DNA from: Heterodontus francisci
Lineage: Eukaryota
Assembly (NCBI RefSeq): GCF_036365525.1
Contig: NC_090378.1
Span: 25,821,953-25,885,952, forward strand
Direction of reading: 5' to 3'
Length of the DNA stretch: 64,000 bases
The notes beneath the pieces are model-generated. The model saw only the letters and a list, made by a program, of their open reading frames with translations, was not told the DNA's origin and did not search any database. The translations under genes were made by a program, and so were the position numbers. Shown here one piece after another: positions 50,160-62,428 of this stretch; within the stretch, counting starts at the first letter, position 1; every line of letters begins with the position of its first letter.

Positions 50160-50685
50160 CAGGAAAATAGGAAGAGTAGACCATTCGGCCCTTCGAGCCT
50201 GCTCCACCATTCATTATGATCATGGCAGATCATCCAACTCAGTAGCCTGTTCCCACTTTCACCCCATACCCTTTGATTCCTTTAGACCCAAGAGCTATAT
50301 CTAACTCCTTCTTGAAAACATACAATGTTTTGGCCTCAACTGCTTTCTGTGGTAGCGAATTCCACGGGCTCACCACTCTCTGGGTGAAGAAATTTCTCCT
50401 CATCTCAGTCGTGAAAGGTTTATCCCGTATCCTTAGACTATGACCCCTGGTACTGGACTCCCCCACCATCGGGAACATCCTTCCTGCATCTACCCGGTCA
50501 AGTCCTGTTAGGATTTTATAGGTTTCTATGAGATCCCCACCCCCTCACTCTTCTGAACTCCAGCGAATATAATCGTAACCGACTCAATCTCTCCTCATAT
50601 GTCAGTCCCGCCATCCCAGGAATCAGTCTGGTCAACCTTCGCTGCACTCCCTCTATAGTAAGAGCATCCTTCCTCAGATAAGGTC
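50160..50685 (-). mobile_element. CR1 LINE 3' end (same subfamily as 14900-18123)
   Basis: GVQRRLTRLIPGMAGLTYEERL and MRRNFFTQRVV motifs. Confidence 0.88.
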
Positions 50686-51379
50686 TTCTGGAACTCGAAG
50701 GCAGATTACAACACGAGATCACAGAAACTCATTCTTAATAGCCAGGCAATTATATCATAAATCAAGTTGATCATTAAAATAGATAGAGTGAGAACAGCAG
50801 TCATCACGGTGCTTTTGTTTTATTTTACTACCTGGTTTTGACATCAAACAGCTAGCCTGCTCTGACAGATCAAATATAACTCTACAAAGCTCACACTTCA
50901 AAAAGATGAGAACATTTCTGAAGCAATTCACTTATGAATGTATGCAACTTTCTGTAAGACATTAACTGCAGAAGACAGCCCTCATTTAAAAAGTAGACAT
51001 CCTGAGTAACTACTACTGTGCTGGCATTTTTCCCCAAAAAGGACATAAAAGACCTCAAGAATATGGATAACTGAAGTCCATTTTAAGTTCAGAATATTTT
51101 GCCTGGCTGAGGTCATGTGGAAAAACAAAGGTTAATAATGTCAGGACAGGTAAGAGTGACACCTGGTACACAGAAATATTTTCTCCTTCGCCAAGCTCTG
51201 CGCTAAACTCTGCTCAGTCATTGCGTCTATATTTTTAAAAACAAATACTTCTTGTGCCTTAGCCAGATGCACAGCTGGATTTCTGCTTCTTTTCTACTGC
51301 AAATACTTTGCCTATGAACACATGAATTTCCTACTGCATTTGCATCAGATTTCAGTATTTGCTGACTTACTGAGAAAGA

Positions 51380-51560
51380 ACTTGCATTTATACAGATCCT
51401 TTCATGACCTTGGGATGTCGCAAAGCACTTAGCACCCAATTAATTACACTTGCAGTCATTGTGTTAATTGTTTTGAAAATAAGGCAGCCAACTTGCACAC
51501 AGCAAGGCCCCACAACAGCAATGAGGCAAATAACCAGATAATCTGTTTTAGTGGCATTGA
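51380..51560 (-). mobile_element. SacSINE1-type SINE 3' fragment
   Basis: aacttgcatttata...caaagcactt...gcacacagcaag. Confidence 0.65.
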
Positions 51561-52729
51561 CTAGTGATGACTTTGAAAGTTAATAGCACCAGGTTATCCT
51601 GTTTTCTTTTGGGTAGTTAACATTCTCTTTTGGGAAGGCGGTCTCTAAAAACTGGTCAACATTTGCAGGATGTCCCCCAACATGGAAGGGTTTGAAAACC
51701 TCTACAGTATGTTTCTCCTTTTTCCATTTTTCCTTTTGGAAGGAAACTGGATGATCCATTTCTCAACACTGCTGGAGAATAACTTTGTGCCAATATATAT
51801 TTTAAGTTACTAGTTATGACTATCAACTCCTGATGGACAGGCTTGCCATTACACTACCATAATAATGGCAAATCAGAAATATCTGTGCTTTTTGCACTTG
51901 CAAAGGTTGCTAGGTCACTTACAGGTAGCCCCAATGCATTTCTTATCTTGTGAACTAAAAACCGACTCAAAAGAAATTAACAAAGCAAGTCACAGGGAGA
52001 ATTTACTAAGTTTAACACATTTACCATCCCACCTGCCTGAGTTTCTGCTTCAACCATTAAACCACATTATTGTTGGCTCTGCTGCCATCTGGCGATGGAA
52101 CTGAATTCAAACTTTTCCTCTTTCTTCACTAACAATCCTGGAGCATTCATTTGAAATGCATGGCAATCTGAAACTAGAAAACCACGATGTGCTTAACTTT
52201 GATCCCCAGCATACCAGCAAAGAAACACCATATTCCCGTAAAAGTAGTCCAGATGCTGGGAATCGGAAACAAGAACAGGAAATATTGGAAACACACACAG
52301 AGATGCCAGTCAGCACCTGGAGAGAACAGCCAAGTTTATGTTTCGGCTGCATGCTCTGCAACCCAGCTCAGTAACTTTAAACTTCAACCATAATGCTCAC
52401 TTTCAAACCCATTTTAATTTCATACCTGATCCAAAAGTTTTCCACCTCTCCCATTTCCCACGGTTGCCCACTTTCTTGACTATTTGCATATACTAATGTC
52501 CCTTTAATGTCGAATTCCCATTGTTTGACTGAGATGATCTGTTACATCACTCCACCCATGATTCCTCTCCCTATTACATACATTTCCCCCTCCACCATTT
52601 CTGATTTTATTAATGAAGGGAATTTTAATGCTTCCCGATCAGTGACAGAAGGGGAGGGACAGATAAAATGGAGAAGCTGCAATTCCTGTTCTAATAGTCG
52701 TTTAGTAGTACAGAACTCGAGTATTGCTG

Positions 52730-53460
52730 AAAATAGAGACATGTTGTCGAAGCTTTTCATCTTGCACTCATCAGGACAATCCGCAAGAATACCAATGTAA
52801 AAGGAAAACAACAACTTTATACTGCTTAAGAGGGTGCTGATTGGTTGGCGAGTGAACTCTGATTGGTAGAGGCGTTGCCATGGCGAATGCACCAGTTTAC
52901 GGTGACTGACAGTTAACTGCCAAGCTTTGTTTCAAGCTTTGAAATTTAAACCTGGCAGCTTGACTCTTGATTGGTTCATTCCTCAGGGCAATGCCTTGAC
53001 CAGTGAATGGCTGTCACTTATTTTGTTTAATTGAAACAAGTGCAATGTTTGTACATGTTCTTTCTGTCTGCAAAGAACAGGGCCCTGTGTATTAATATAT
53101 GTAGCTTCCAGTAGGCGCAAATGTGCCACACTGCGAGCCCGATTGACAATCGTAAATTGGTTGTCAGTGTAATTCTAGCACACTGAGTATTATTTAGCAA
53201 ATGTTGACCAATCGCGGAATCATATCTAATGTTGGACACTGTGTTTGGAGTTTTGCAAGCACAGGCTGGTCGGACACAGCCTGTACCTTCCCTGTTGCGA
53301 ACATCGAAAGGGATATGTTGTTTGTTACAATCCGCCAGTCTTTGGGACGGACGGCCTATATACCTAGCATCACACTGCATTGAAATTCATATATCACATT
53401 ACTCATTTGTGTGATGGGCAGAACGTCTTTTTGGCTTGACAGCAGCATCCTGTTAGTGGC
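52730..53460 (-). mobile_element. Second Penelope-like family: decayed GIY-YIG end + pLTR
   Basis: QCDARYIG...SQRL...SAIGQHLL (53027-53380), followed by a hammerhead at 52744-52779. Confidence 0.8.
52744..52779 (-). ncRNA. Minimal type I hammerhead ribozyme motif
   Basis: UUGUC-CUGAUGA-GU(GCAAG)AU-GAAA-AGCUUC/GACAA: stem I UUGUC:GACAA, palindromic AAGCUU stem III, UUC cleavage triplet. Confidence 0.82.
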
Positions 53461-54568
53461 GAACACCACACGTGTTGCTCCTGCATAGTAACAGTGTGAA
53501 ACAGCTAGTTTCCATACCCTTATTCCCCTCACATGCGAACCCCTTGTAGCAACCTCTTCCTAAATTCATCTTGCTGCCGGCTAGCCTTTGCTCTCTTCTG
53601 CTGACAGGCACCCTCTGAGCCACTCCACCTTTGTCCTCATCTACCAACCACTCTTGGAAGGCACGGCAGATTAAAATCCAGTGAACCTCAGATGCAGACT
53701 CCTGCACAGACTTGCCTTTCGCGTTCCCCAGCTTCTCGCTGGCACTTCAAAACAAAACAAAAAATTAGCCCTAATAGTTTGAGCACCTCGGAAAAATAAA
53801 CTTGCCTGCTCTCATCATAGATGCTGACTGACCTGCTGCCTATTGCCACCATTTCCAGTACCCAGCCTCACAAATGTGCAATTCATCTTTCAGGAGATTA
53901 ACATATTCAAATTCATTCAACTTTATGAATTAGAGAACTCAACAGCCAAGTAACTGAACACATGGCATCAAGTTCCATTAACTGGCAGCTCTGCAACAGC
54001 ATATCTGCCATCACTAATAGCCAAAAGTTGTTCCCAGCAGTTATGAACTAAACAGGCATCTACCACTTTCCAGTACCTCCATCTATTTTGTGTGGGGGCC
54101 TGGACAGCGAGTCTCTCTGCAAGCTCGTCAACTGTGGGGTCCATCATGGTAAGTCTCTCTTCTTCTGCGTCCATACATAAGCATATTTCCAGCAAATATT
54201 ACTGCATCATAAGTAGGTGCAGGAATCTAGCATTGATTCAGTCTTTGCTAAGTTATCTGATCTTGGCTACAATTGGCCTCAGTGTTTCCACTAGACTGGG
54301 GGTTGCAGGGTGGCCGGGGCGGTGGTGGTGAGGTGGGGGCGGTGGGACAGAGTGGGGTGTGTGGTTGAAGAAGAAATCTTCCAGTTCCCACTACTGATGG
54401 CTAACCAGGGACCTCTGCTGGTCATACTCATTTGTATGTCAGGCAAAGACATCATCGGACTTGGTGGTGATCAGAATAATTCTCCTGTTGGCGGAAAATA
54501 CCACAGAAAATGCGAAATAAGACAAAACAACAGTTGAAGCTATACCTCCAGTCCATGCTAACACTTAC

Positions 54569-54720
54569 CTGAGGTTCAGTATTTCCTTTAGTTCGAGCAG
54601 CCTCAAGGAAGCGGACTTTCTCTTCACTCATGCTGTCTGTGTTCGCAATGACATAATGCCTGGGAGCATATGAAGCAGAGAGGCTCTCCATTAGCCTGAG
54701 AATTTCTGTTGTGTGTCCCC
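54569..54720 (-). CDS. ALG14: ALG14 (UDP-GlcNAc transferase subunit) internal coding exon, equivalent to human exon 2
   Basis: Translates to (G)GHTTEILRLMESLSASYAPRHYVIANTDSMSEEKVRFLEAARTKGNTEPQ, matching the ALG14 GGHTTEILRL...PRHYVIA.TD motif. Acceptor ctttactcag| and donor |gtaagt; 152 nt, phase 1 to phase 0. Confidence 0.96.
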
Positions 54721-54969
54721 CTGAGTAAAGAATAATCAGACATGAAGCATAATGCTGGGCCAAACGAGTCACAATCGATTAGTTTTGCCACAAAAGTGCT
54801 GTAACCACTACAACAACTTGCATTTGTATAGCACCTTTAATGTAGCAATAATACCAACCACTTTGCAGGAGTGTTATGAGACAGAATTCAACACCAAGCC
54901 ACATAAAGAGTTATTAGGACATGTGGTCAAAGATCTAGGTTTTAAGGAATATCTTAAAGGAGGAGAGAC

Positions 54970-56435
54970 AGTGTCAGTTGTAGCTCAATTGGTAGCTCTC
55001 ACCTGAGTCAAGTCCAGGACTTGAGCACAAAAAAAAAATCTAGGCTGACAGTCCAGTGCAGTACTGAGCGAGTAATGCATTGTTGGATGCGCCGTCTTTC
55101 GGATGAGACGCTAAACCATGGCTCTCCCTGCCCTCTCAGGTAGACACAAAAGATCTCATGGCACTATTTTGAAGAACAAAGAACAGTACAGCTCAGGAAC
55201 AGGCCATTCGGCCCTCCAAGCCTGTGCCGATCTTGATGCCTGCCTAAACTAACACCTTCTGCACTCCCAGGACCCATATCCCTCTATTCCCATCCTATTC
55301 GTATATTTGTCAAGATGTCTCAAACGTCGCTATCGTATCTGCTTCCACCACCTCCCCCGGCAGCAAGTTCCAGGCACTCACCACCCTCTGTGTAAAAAAC
55401 TTGCCTCGCACATCCCCTCTAAACTTTGCCCCTCTCACCTTAAACCTATGTCCCCTAGCAACTGACTCTTTCACCCTGGGAAAAAGCTTCTGACTATTCA
55501 CTCTGTCCATGCCGCTCATAACTTTGTAAACCTCTATCATGTCGCCCCTCCACCTCCGTCGCTCCAGTGAAAACAATCCGAGTTTTTCCAACCTCTCCTC
55601 ATAGTTAATGCCCTCCAGACCAGGCAACATCCTGGTAAACCTCCTCTGTACCCTCTCCAAAGCCTCCACGTCCTTCTGGTAGTGTGGCGACCAGAATTGC
55701 ACGCAATATTCTAAGTGTGGCCTAACTAAGGTTCTGTACAGCTGCAACATGACTTGCCTATTTTTATACTCTATGCCCCGACCGATGAAGGCAAGCATGC
55801 CGTATGCCTTCTTGACTACCTTATCCACCTGCGTTGCCACTTTCAATGACCTGTGGACCTGTACGCCCAGATCTCTCTGCCTGTCAATACTCCTAAGGGT
55901 TCTGCCATTTACTGTATACCTCCCACCTGCATTGGACCTTCCAAAATGCATTACCTCACATTTGTCCGGATTAAACTCCATCTGCCATTTCTCTGCCCAA
56001 GTCTCCAACCAATCTATATCCTGCTGTATCCTCTGACAATCCTCATCACTGTCCGCAACCCCACCAACCTTTGTGTCGTCCGCAAACTTACTAATCAGAC
56101 CAACTACATTTTCCTCCAAATCATTTATATAAACTACAAACAGCAAAAGTCCCAGCACTGATCCCTGCGGAACACCACTAGTCACATCCCTCCATTCAGA
56201 AAAACACCCATCCACTGATACCCTGAGGGGTTATCCTCAGTGTCCTGGCCTATATTTATCCCTCAATCAACATCACAGAAACAGGCAATCTTGTCATTAT
56301 CACATTGTTGTGGGAGCTTGCTGTGCGTAAATTGGCTACTGCAATTCCTACAAGAGTGACTATACTTCATTGGCTACAATCTGCTTTGGAACGTCCTGAG
56401 GTCATGAAAGGCACGATATAAATGCAAGTGTTTCT
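54970..56435 (+). mobile_element. SacSINE1-type SINE split by a CR1 insertion
   Basis: Head 54970-55175 and tail 56225-56435 are collinear with 22355-22770. Confidence 0.8.
55175..56224 (-). mobile_element. Young 5'-truncated CR1 LINE with a 301-aa open RT C-terminus
   Basis: Near-identical to 20932-21980. Confidence 0.95.
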
Positions 56436-56439
56436 TTTT

Positions 56440-56960
56440 TTTTAAAAAGAGGTAGACAGGCAGAGTGATTCAGGGAGGAGATTCCAAAGTTGAATCCAAG
56501 CATGGCTGACAATGCTGCAGCAAATAAAATGGGGAATTTGCTGGAGGCCAGAACTGGAGATGCACAGAGATCATGCCGAGTTTCAGTGCTGGAAGAGGTT
56601 ACAGAGATAAGTTGGGACGAAGCCATGGAGGAGTTGGAGAGGATATGAGATCAGAAGCTCAGCTCAAGACCAAACAGGAAGTTGAGGTTTCTAACGATCT
56701 GGTTCAGATTCAGTTCCTAGGGAGGGGATGGAGTCAGTGGCTAGCGAATGGAGTTTGTGATGGGGAGCAAAGACAATGGCTTTGGTCTTCTGAATGTTTG
56801 ACTGGGGGAAATTTCTGCTCATTATTACTGGATGTCAGTCAAGCAGCGAAATAAAATCAGAGATAGTGGAGGTGTCAAGAGAAATGGTGGGAGGTAGAGC
56901 TGGGTGTCATCAGCATACATTTGGAACATGATGTGTTTTTGGACGATGTTGCCGAGGGCC
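56440..56960 (-). mobile_element. Old L2-like fragment
   Basis: gaggtagagctgggtgtcatcagcatacat corresponds to the YADDTQLY region on the minus strand. Confidence 0.65.
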
Positions 56961-57499
56961 AGAACCTAGGTATGAAGTATGATAAAAGGTTATGGCTTGG
57001 CAAGCACTAGGTTTATTTTGGGGAAGGTCACAATCAAGACCCAGAATTCTTCAACTGTCTGATCACACCAAACACTTTACACGTGTTTATAACAGTAAAA
57101 AAAACTCTTTTGTCTTTATTTAAAATTGAGTGACTTTGGGTATGCGGTACTGAGGCAATTGAATTAAGTGCAATCCTGTGATTTTAAAAAGAGGTGAACC
57201 TTATCTTGTGTATTTGAGCATTCAAATGCAGCTCACTCACGAGGGTGGGGTTTGGCCAAGTGTCTTTGGTCAGTAGCTCTAAATGATTTGGGTGTCACTG
57301 GTTTCCAGAATCTTGCCTATGAATAGCATTTTCTCAAAGGCAAGACCTATATCTAAAACATTAATAAAATTACTATCTACAAATCAGATGGGAGGACCAT
57401 ATCAGTCAGACAAGGCTAGATGGTGCTCTGATAAGAATTAGCTGCTCTCCAACAGGTTTTGAATAGAATATAAATGTAGCATAAATATTTTGTGTATAG

Positions 57500-58035
57500 G
57501 AACACAGGAGCAGGAGTAGGCCATTCAGCCTTTCAAGCCTGTTCTGCCATTCTAGACCATGGCTGATCGTCTACCTCAACGCCAGATTCCCACACTATCG
57601 CCATATCCCTTGACGTCATTAGCAACTATCAATCTAAGTCTTGAACTTACTCAGTGACTGAGCTTCCACCACCCTCTGGGGCAGAGAATTCCAAAGATTC
57701 ACCACCCTCTGAGCGAAGAAGTTCCTCATCATCTCAGTCCTAAATGGCTTGCCCTTTATTCGGAGATTGTGTCCCCTGGTTCTAGATCCCACAGTCAGGG
57801 GAAACATCCTTTCTGCTTCTACCCCGTCTTCCCCTTTAAGAATTTTGCAAGTTTCTATGAGATCGCCTCTCATTCTTCTAAACTCCAGAAAATACAGGCC
57901 CCGTCTCCTCAATCTCTCCTCATTGGACAATCCCACCATCCCAGGAATCAATCTGGTGAACCTCCGCTGCACTCTCTCTGGCAAGTATATACTTCCTCAG
58001 GCAAGGGGACTAGAACCGCACACAATATTCCAGGT
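57500..58035 (-). mobile_element. CR1 LINE 3' end
   Basis: VQRRFTRLIPGM...RGDLIET...VVNLWNSLP motifs. Confidence 0.88.
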
Positions 58036-60919
58036 GCTAGGAACATGCACTGATACCCATGATTCTTTAATAATAATTCTTTATATGGCTCATGCTTAAT
58101 GGCTACTCACAAGGGAAGGAGACAAGTATCAGGAGGGGTCACAAAGTGGTTGTCAGGGTTTTGGGAAATGTGGTGAGGAAAAGAATTGCAAGGTGGATTA
58201 TCTAACAATATTCTACCCTAGGAGCCAGAAAGGAAAGAAAGAAAAATTTATATAGCTCCTTTTACAACCTCAAGATGTCCCGAAGCATTTCATAACCAAT
58301 GGAGTAGTTTTGAAGTGTAGTCATTGTTGCAATATAGGGAAACACGACAGCAAATTTGGGCACAGCAAGGTCCCATGAACAGCAAATCAGATAAATGAGC
58401 AATTAAACTATTTGAGATGCTGGTTCAGTTATAAATATTGACTAGTACACCTGAAAAACTCTTTTGCACTTCTTTGAATACTGCCATGGGATCTATTACC
58501 CAAGAGGGTAGACTTGACCTCAGTTTCACATCTTATTCAAAAGGCAGTACTGTCACAACTCAGGCTGAAAGAATCACATTTAGAAGTGACAGATTTAACT
58601 TTAATAAAGATTTAACAAGCTTTTCACAGAGGCGCCTTTTTACTGCTGCAACATGTGCTATCTAACCTAACAACAACCCGGTCAGGTGACTCCCCGTAGT
58701 ACAAAGTGTTCCTTTCAGTTTCTATTCTAAGTACTGTATAGTATCTAATACTCAAGCGCACACACACAGCCATCATGCCATCCCTCCTTTATCAGACCAA
58801 AACATGACCATGATTTTCCTGTTTTGTGTATGTTGCTTAGACTCCATCGCTTACCAAATGTACTGCAATAAATTTTGCAAACTAACTTAACAAATCATTA
58901 TTTTCCTAACTCACTGAGTAAATGAATTTCCTCAATTACATTTACTTTCAAGGGCAGCGTTCAGCATACACCCTTTTTGTTGTAAACACAATCACAACAC
59001 AAAACTTCACATCTAGGCACACGCTTTGTGTCAAGATTTGCTGTTTTCAATTTAAAATCACATTGTTTTAAATCGCCAATTGTTGCTCCGAACTGATTTC
59101 CAATTTCATCTTCCGTCAAGAAATCACACACACAAAATCATCATATAGTTTGGTGGTCTCCTCCTGAGCCAGGGTCTGTCTGTCGTCTCAGGAACTCTGG
59201 TCACTGCGTCAGGATTAGGAAGTGTCATAGCCCCCTCTGGAACCGATGTTTCTCCCTCTAGATAGCAAACTGTCTGCCTGCCAACAGCATCACTGGCTTG
59301 GACTTCTGAATTGCTAGATGTCAGCTTCGCCTCTGCTCCTACATCTGGTTCATCTGCTGCTGTGTCTTTGTCACCATGATATTTTTAATGCATGAAGAAC
59401 TTCTGTCATACAGTCCTCCCTCTGGCAGCCGTGCAATCACACGGTTTCCCTTCTTGGCAATAACCGTGTAAGGTTTGGGATAACATGGTCCATCCATCTT
59501 ACTCAGACTCTCCCGTCTCAGCAATACTTCATCACCTGGCATCACATCAGACTGTCTAGCTCTTCTTCTGCGGTCAGCATAAAACTTTGCTGCACCCTTT
59601 TTCTCAGCATCGTGACGTTGAACCTCCTGATCAACTCTAATGTCCCTCAGCTCTGGTATCTTGGTGCGTATTTTGTGTCCAAATAACAACTCAGCTAGGC
59701 TCTTCCCGTCATAGTGTGTGTAGTTGCACTATGCACGGCCACATATGACAACGACACCTCCCCCAGTCTTTACCATCAGCCTGAGCAATCCTCATCCATT
59801 TCTCAAAGGATTGGTTTTGTCTTTCCACTACCCCATTTGCTTGCAGCCATTTAGGTGTTACTCTGTGATGGTGAATGCCTCTGAATTTCATGTAATCTGC
59901 AAAAGACTGTGAAATGAATTGTGGCCCATTGTCTGAATACAAAGTGACTGGTAAACCATGCCTTGCAAATATTTGTCAATGCAAACACCGTTTTCTCTGC
60001 CCTTGTAGATTTCATTACCACATACTCATAATAATGGCTGTAATTGTTCATCGTCACTTGTATGAACTCTCCTAATGCAAGTCGGCCTTAGAAGTCAACT
60101 GCTACATCCTCCCATGGTCCAGCCAGTAACAGTGTGCTGCGTACTTGTTCTGGTGAATTGGGTTTGCTGATAGGTTGACATCCATGACATGTTTTGACAA
60201 ACTGCTCCAAATCTTTCTCCATTCCTGGCCACCATACTTGGATACATAAGTTTTGCTTAGTAAGAACCACTCCCATGAGCTAACTAAGCTTTTGCAGCAT
60301 TACAAGTCTGTTGCCTCTGAGAATACACTTCCCAATTGTACACAGTTCATCTTATATAACAATGTATGCCTTGAATGGGCAATTCTCCCAATTTCCAACT
60401 TGGATTTGCGGTCTGACATCATCCAATTCTAGATCTTTGTTGGACTCTTTCAATCTCTCTAGTTGTCATTGCTCTGGGTGTAGCATGAACTGCCACAAAC
60501 TGCACGAACGATTCAGCTTCCCTCTCTCGTGAAGATCTGCGTGTTTGATCCTCCCTCAGTAGTCGTGACAGCGAGTCAGTAATGTGGCTCACCCATGGTG
60601 TTGGCCCTTCAGCTGGCTCTATGGTGTCTTGGTCAACCAATTCCTTGATCTTTGCCTCAACTTTCCCTCTCGGACCAAAAGGTGTTCTGCGTACAGGTTT
60701 CACATTCTCGACAATGGTTAACCTCAGTTGGCGGTTGTGCAACTTCCCAATTCCATGACTCCTCCCGAAGTTCTGCATCGGATTTCACTTTCAATCCAAT
60801 GTGTAGCGTCACCAAGGCTTGGGCAGTCTCTGCTGAGCAGAGGCTCACCAATCGCTTCAGTCACAACGAATTCTGCCTTAACATTCCAATTCCCAGCTCA
60901 CACTCGCAGTGAAGCATCC

Positions 60920-61260
60920 AACAGTTTGAAGGGAAAAACTGTTCCCACTCGCGAAAGGATCGAGAACAAGAGGACACAGATTTAAAGCGATTGGCAAAAG
61001 AAGCAAAAGCAACATGAGGAAAACTTTCTTCACGCAGCGAGTGGTTAGGATTGGAATGGGCTGCCTGGGAGCGTGACGGAGGCAGGTTCAAATCGAGGCA
61101 TTCAAAAGGGAATTAGACTATTATCTGAAAAGCAGGAATGTGCAGGGTTAGGGGGAGAAGGCAGGGGAATGACATTAGGTGAACTGCTCATCCTGAGAGC
61201 CGGTGCAGACATGATGGGCTGAATGGCCTCCTTCTGTGCGGTAACAATTCTGTGGTTCTG
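60920..61260 (+). mobile_element. CR1 3' end nested in the Gypsy element
   Basis: ctttcttcacgcagcgagtggttagga...gatgggctgaatggcctccttctgtgc. Confidence 0.75.
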
Positions 61261-61866
61261 TGAAGTGGGGTTTTAGATGTGTAAGGATAGAGCTTTTTGA
61301 CACATTTTCGAGGTGAGAACTTGATTCTCTTCATCTTCAGTTCCTCCCACAGTGCTCTACTGATGACATTACTGTCACTGCCTGAATCTATAATAATGCT
61401 CACTTCAACACCCCCAACAATCACTGGAACTTGCTCATGATTGTGCCCATCGACAGAAAACATGCACCCATGATTGCTATTCGTGTCCATACTCACCGTA
61501 TCTTCAACTCGTCTCACAGTTGTACTACTTTCAACTCTCTTTCCTTTACATGGTTTGCCAGGCTTTCCACTCTGTTCAGCTTTGCTTCTGCACTTCTTAG
61601 CAAAATGGTCTCTGCCCCCACATTTTCTGCACATCTTTCCCTTGGCAGGGCAGCAATCATCTCTTCCACAGTGCCCCAAGTTGCCACATCTGAAACACTC
61701 TCTCGCAGACTTCTGTTGTTTACATTTATACGTACCTGGATTCCGTTGTGTCACTCATTAACCTCCGATTTTGTTGTGCCGATGGCGGAAATGGGACCAA
61801 GTTTCATGCTGTGAACTTGTCCATCCATTGCTTCCAATGCAGCCGCTATCTTCAAAGTGTCATCCA

Positions 61867-62428
61867 AAGAACAAAGAAAATTACAGCACAGGAACAGGCC
61901 CTTCGGCCCTCCAAGCCTGCGCCGATCCAGATCCTCTACCTAAACATGACGCCTATTTTTTAAGGGTCTGTATCTCTTTGCTTCCCGCCCATTCATGTAT
62001 CTGTCTAGATACATCTTAAAAGATGCTATCGTGCCCGCGTCTACCACCTCCGCTGGCAACGCGTTCCAGGCACCCACCACCCTCTGCGTAAAGAACTTTC
62101 CACGCATATCCCCCCCTAAACTTTTCCCCTCTCACTTTGAACTCGTGACCCCTTGTAATTGAATCCCCCACTCTGGGAAAAAGCTTCTTGCTATCCACCC
62201 TGTCTATACCTCTCATGATTTTGTACACCTCAATCAGGTCCCCCCTCAACCTCCGTCTTTCTAATGAAAATAATCCTAATCTACTCAACCTCTCTTCATA
62301 GCTAGCGCCCTCCATACCAGGCAACATCCTGGTGAACCTCCTCTGCACCCTCTCCAAAGCATCTACATCCTTTTGGTAATGTGGCGACCAGAACTGCACG
62401 CAGTATTCCAAATGTGGCCGAACCAAAG
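61867..62428 (-). mobile_element. CR1 3' end nested in the Gypsy gag; a further CR1 tail lies at about 62490-62650
   Basis: VRPHLEYCVQFWSPHYQKD...RGDLIEVYKIM motifs. Confidence 0.92.

Noticed and set aside
54452-54772. 106-aa ORF as a stand-alone gene
   Set aside because: Only 54569-54720 resembles ALG14 and it is bounded by AG/GT; the flanks are intronic read-through.
20932-56224. Near-identical ~1-kb segments at 20932 and 55175 as a segmental duplication
   Set aside because: Different 5' truncation points and flanks indicate independent insertions of one young CR1 subfamily.
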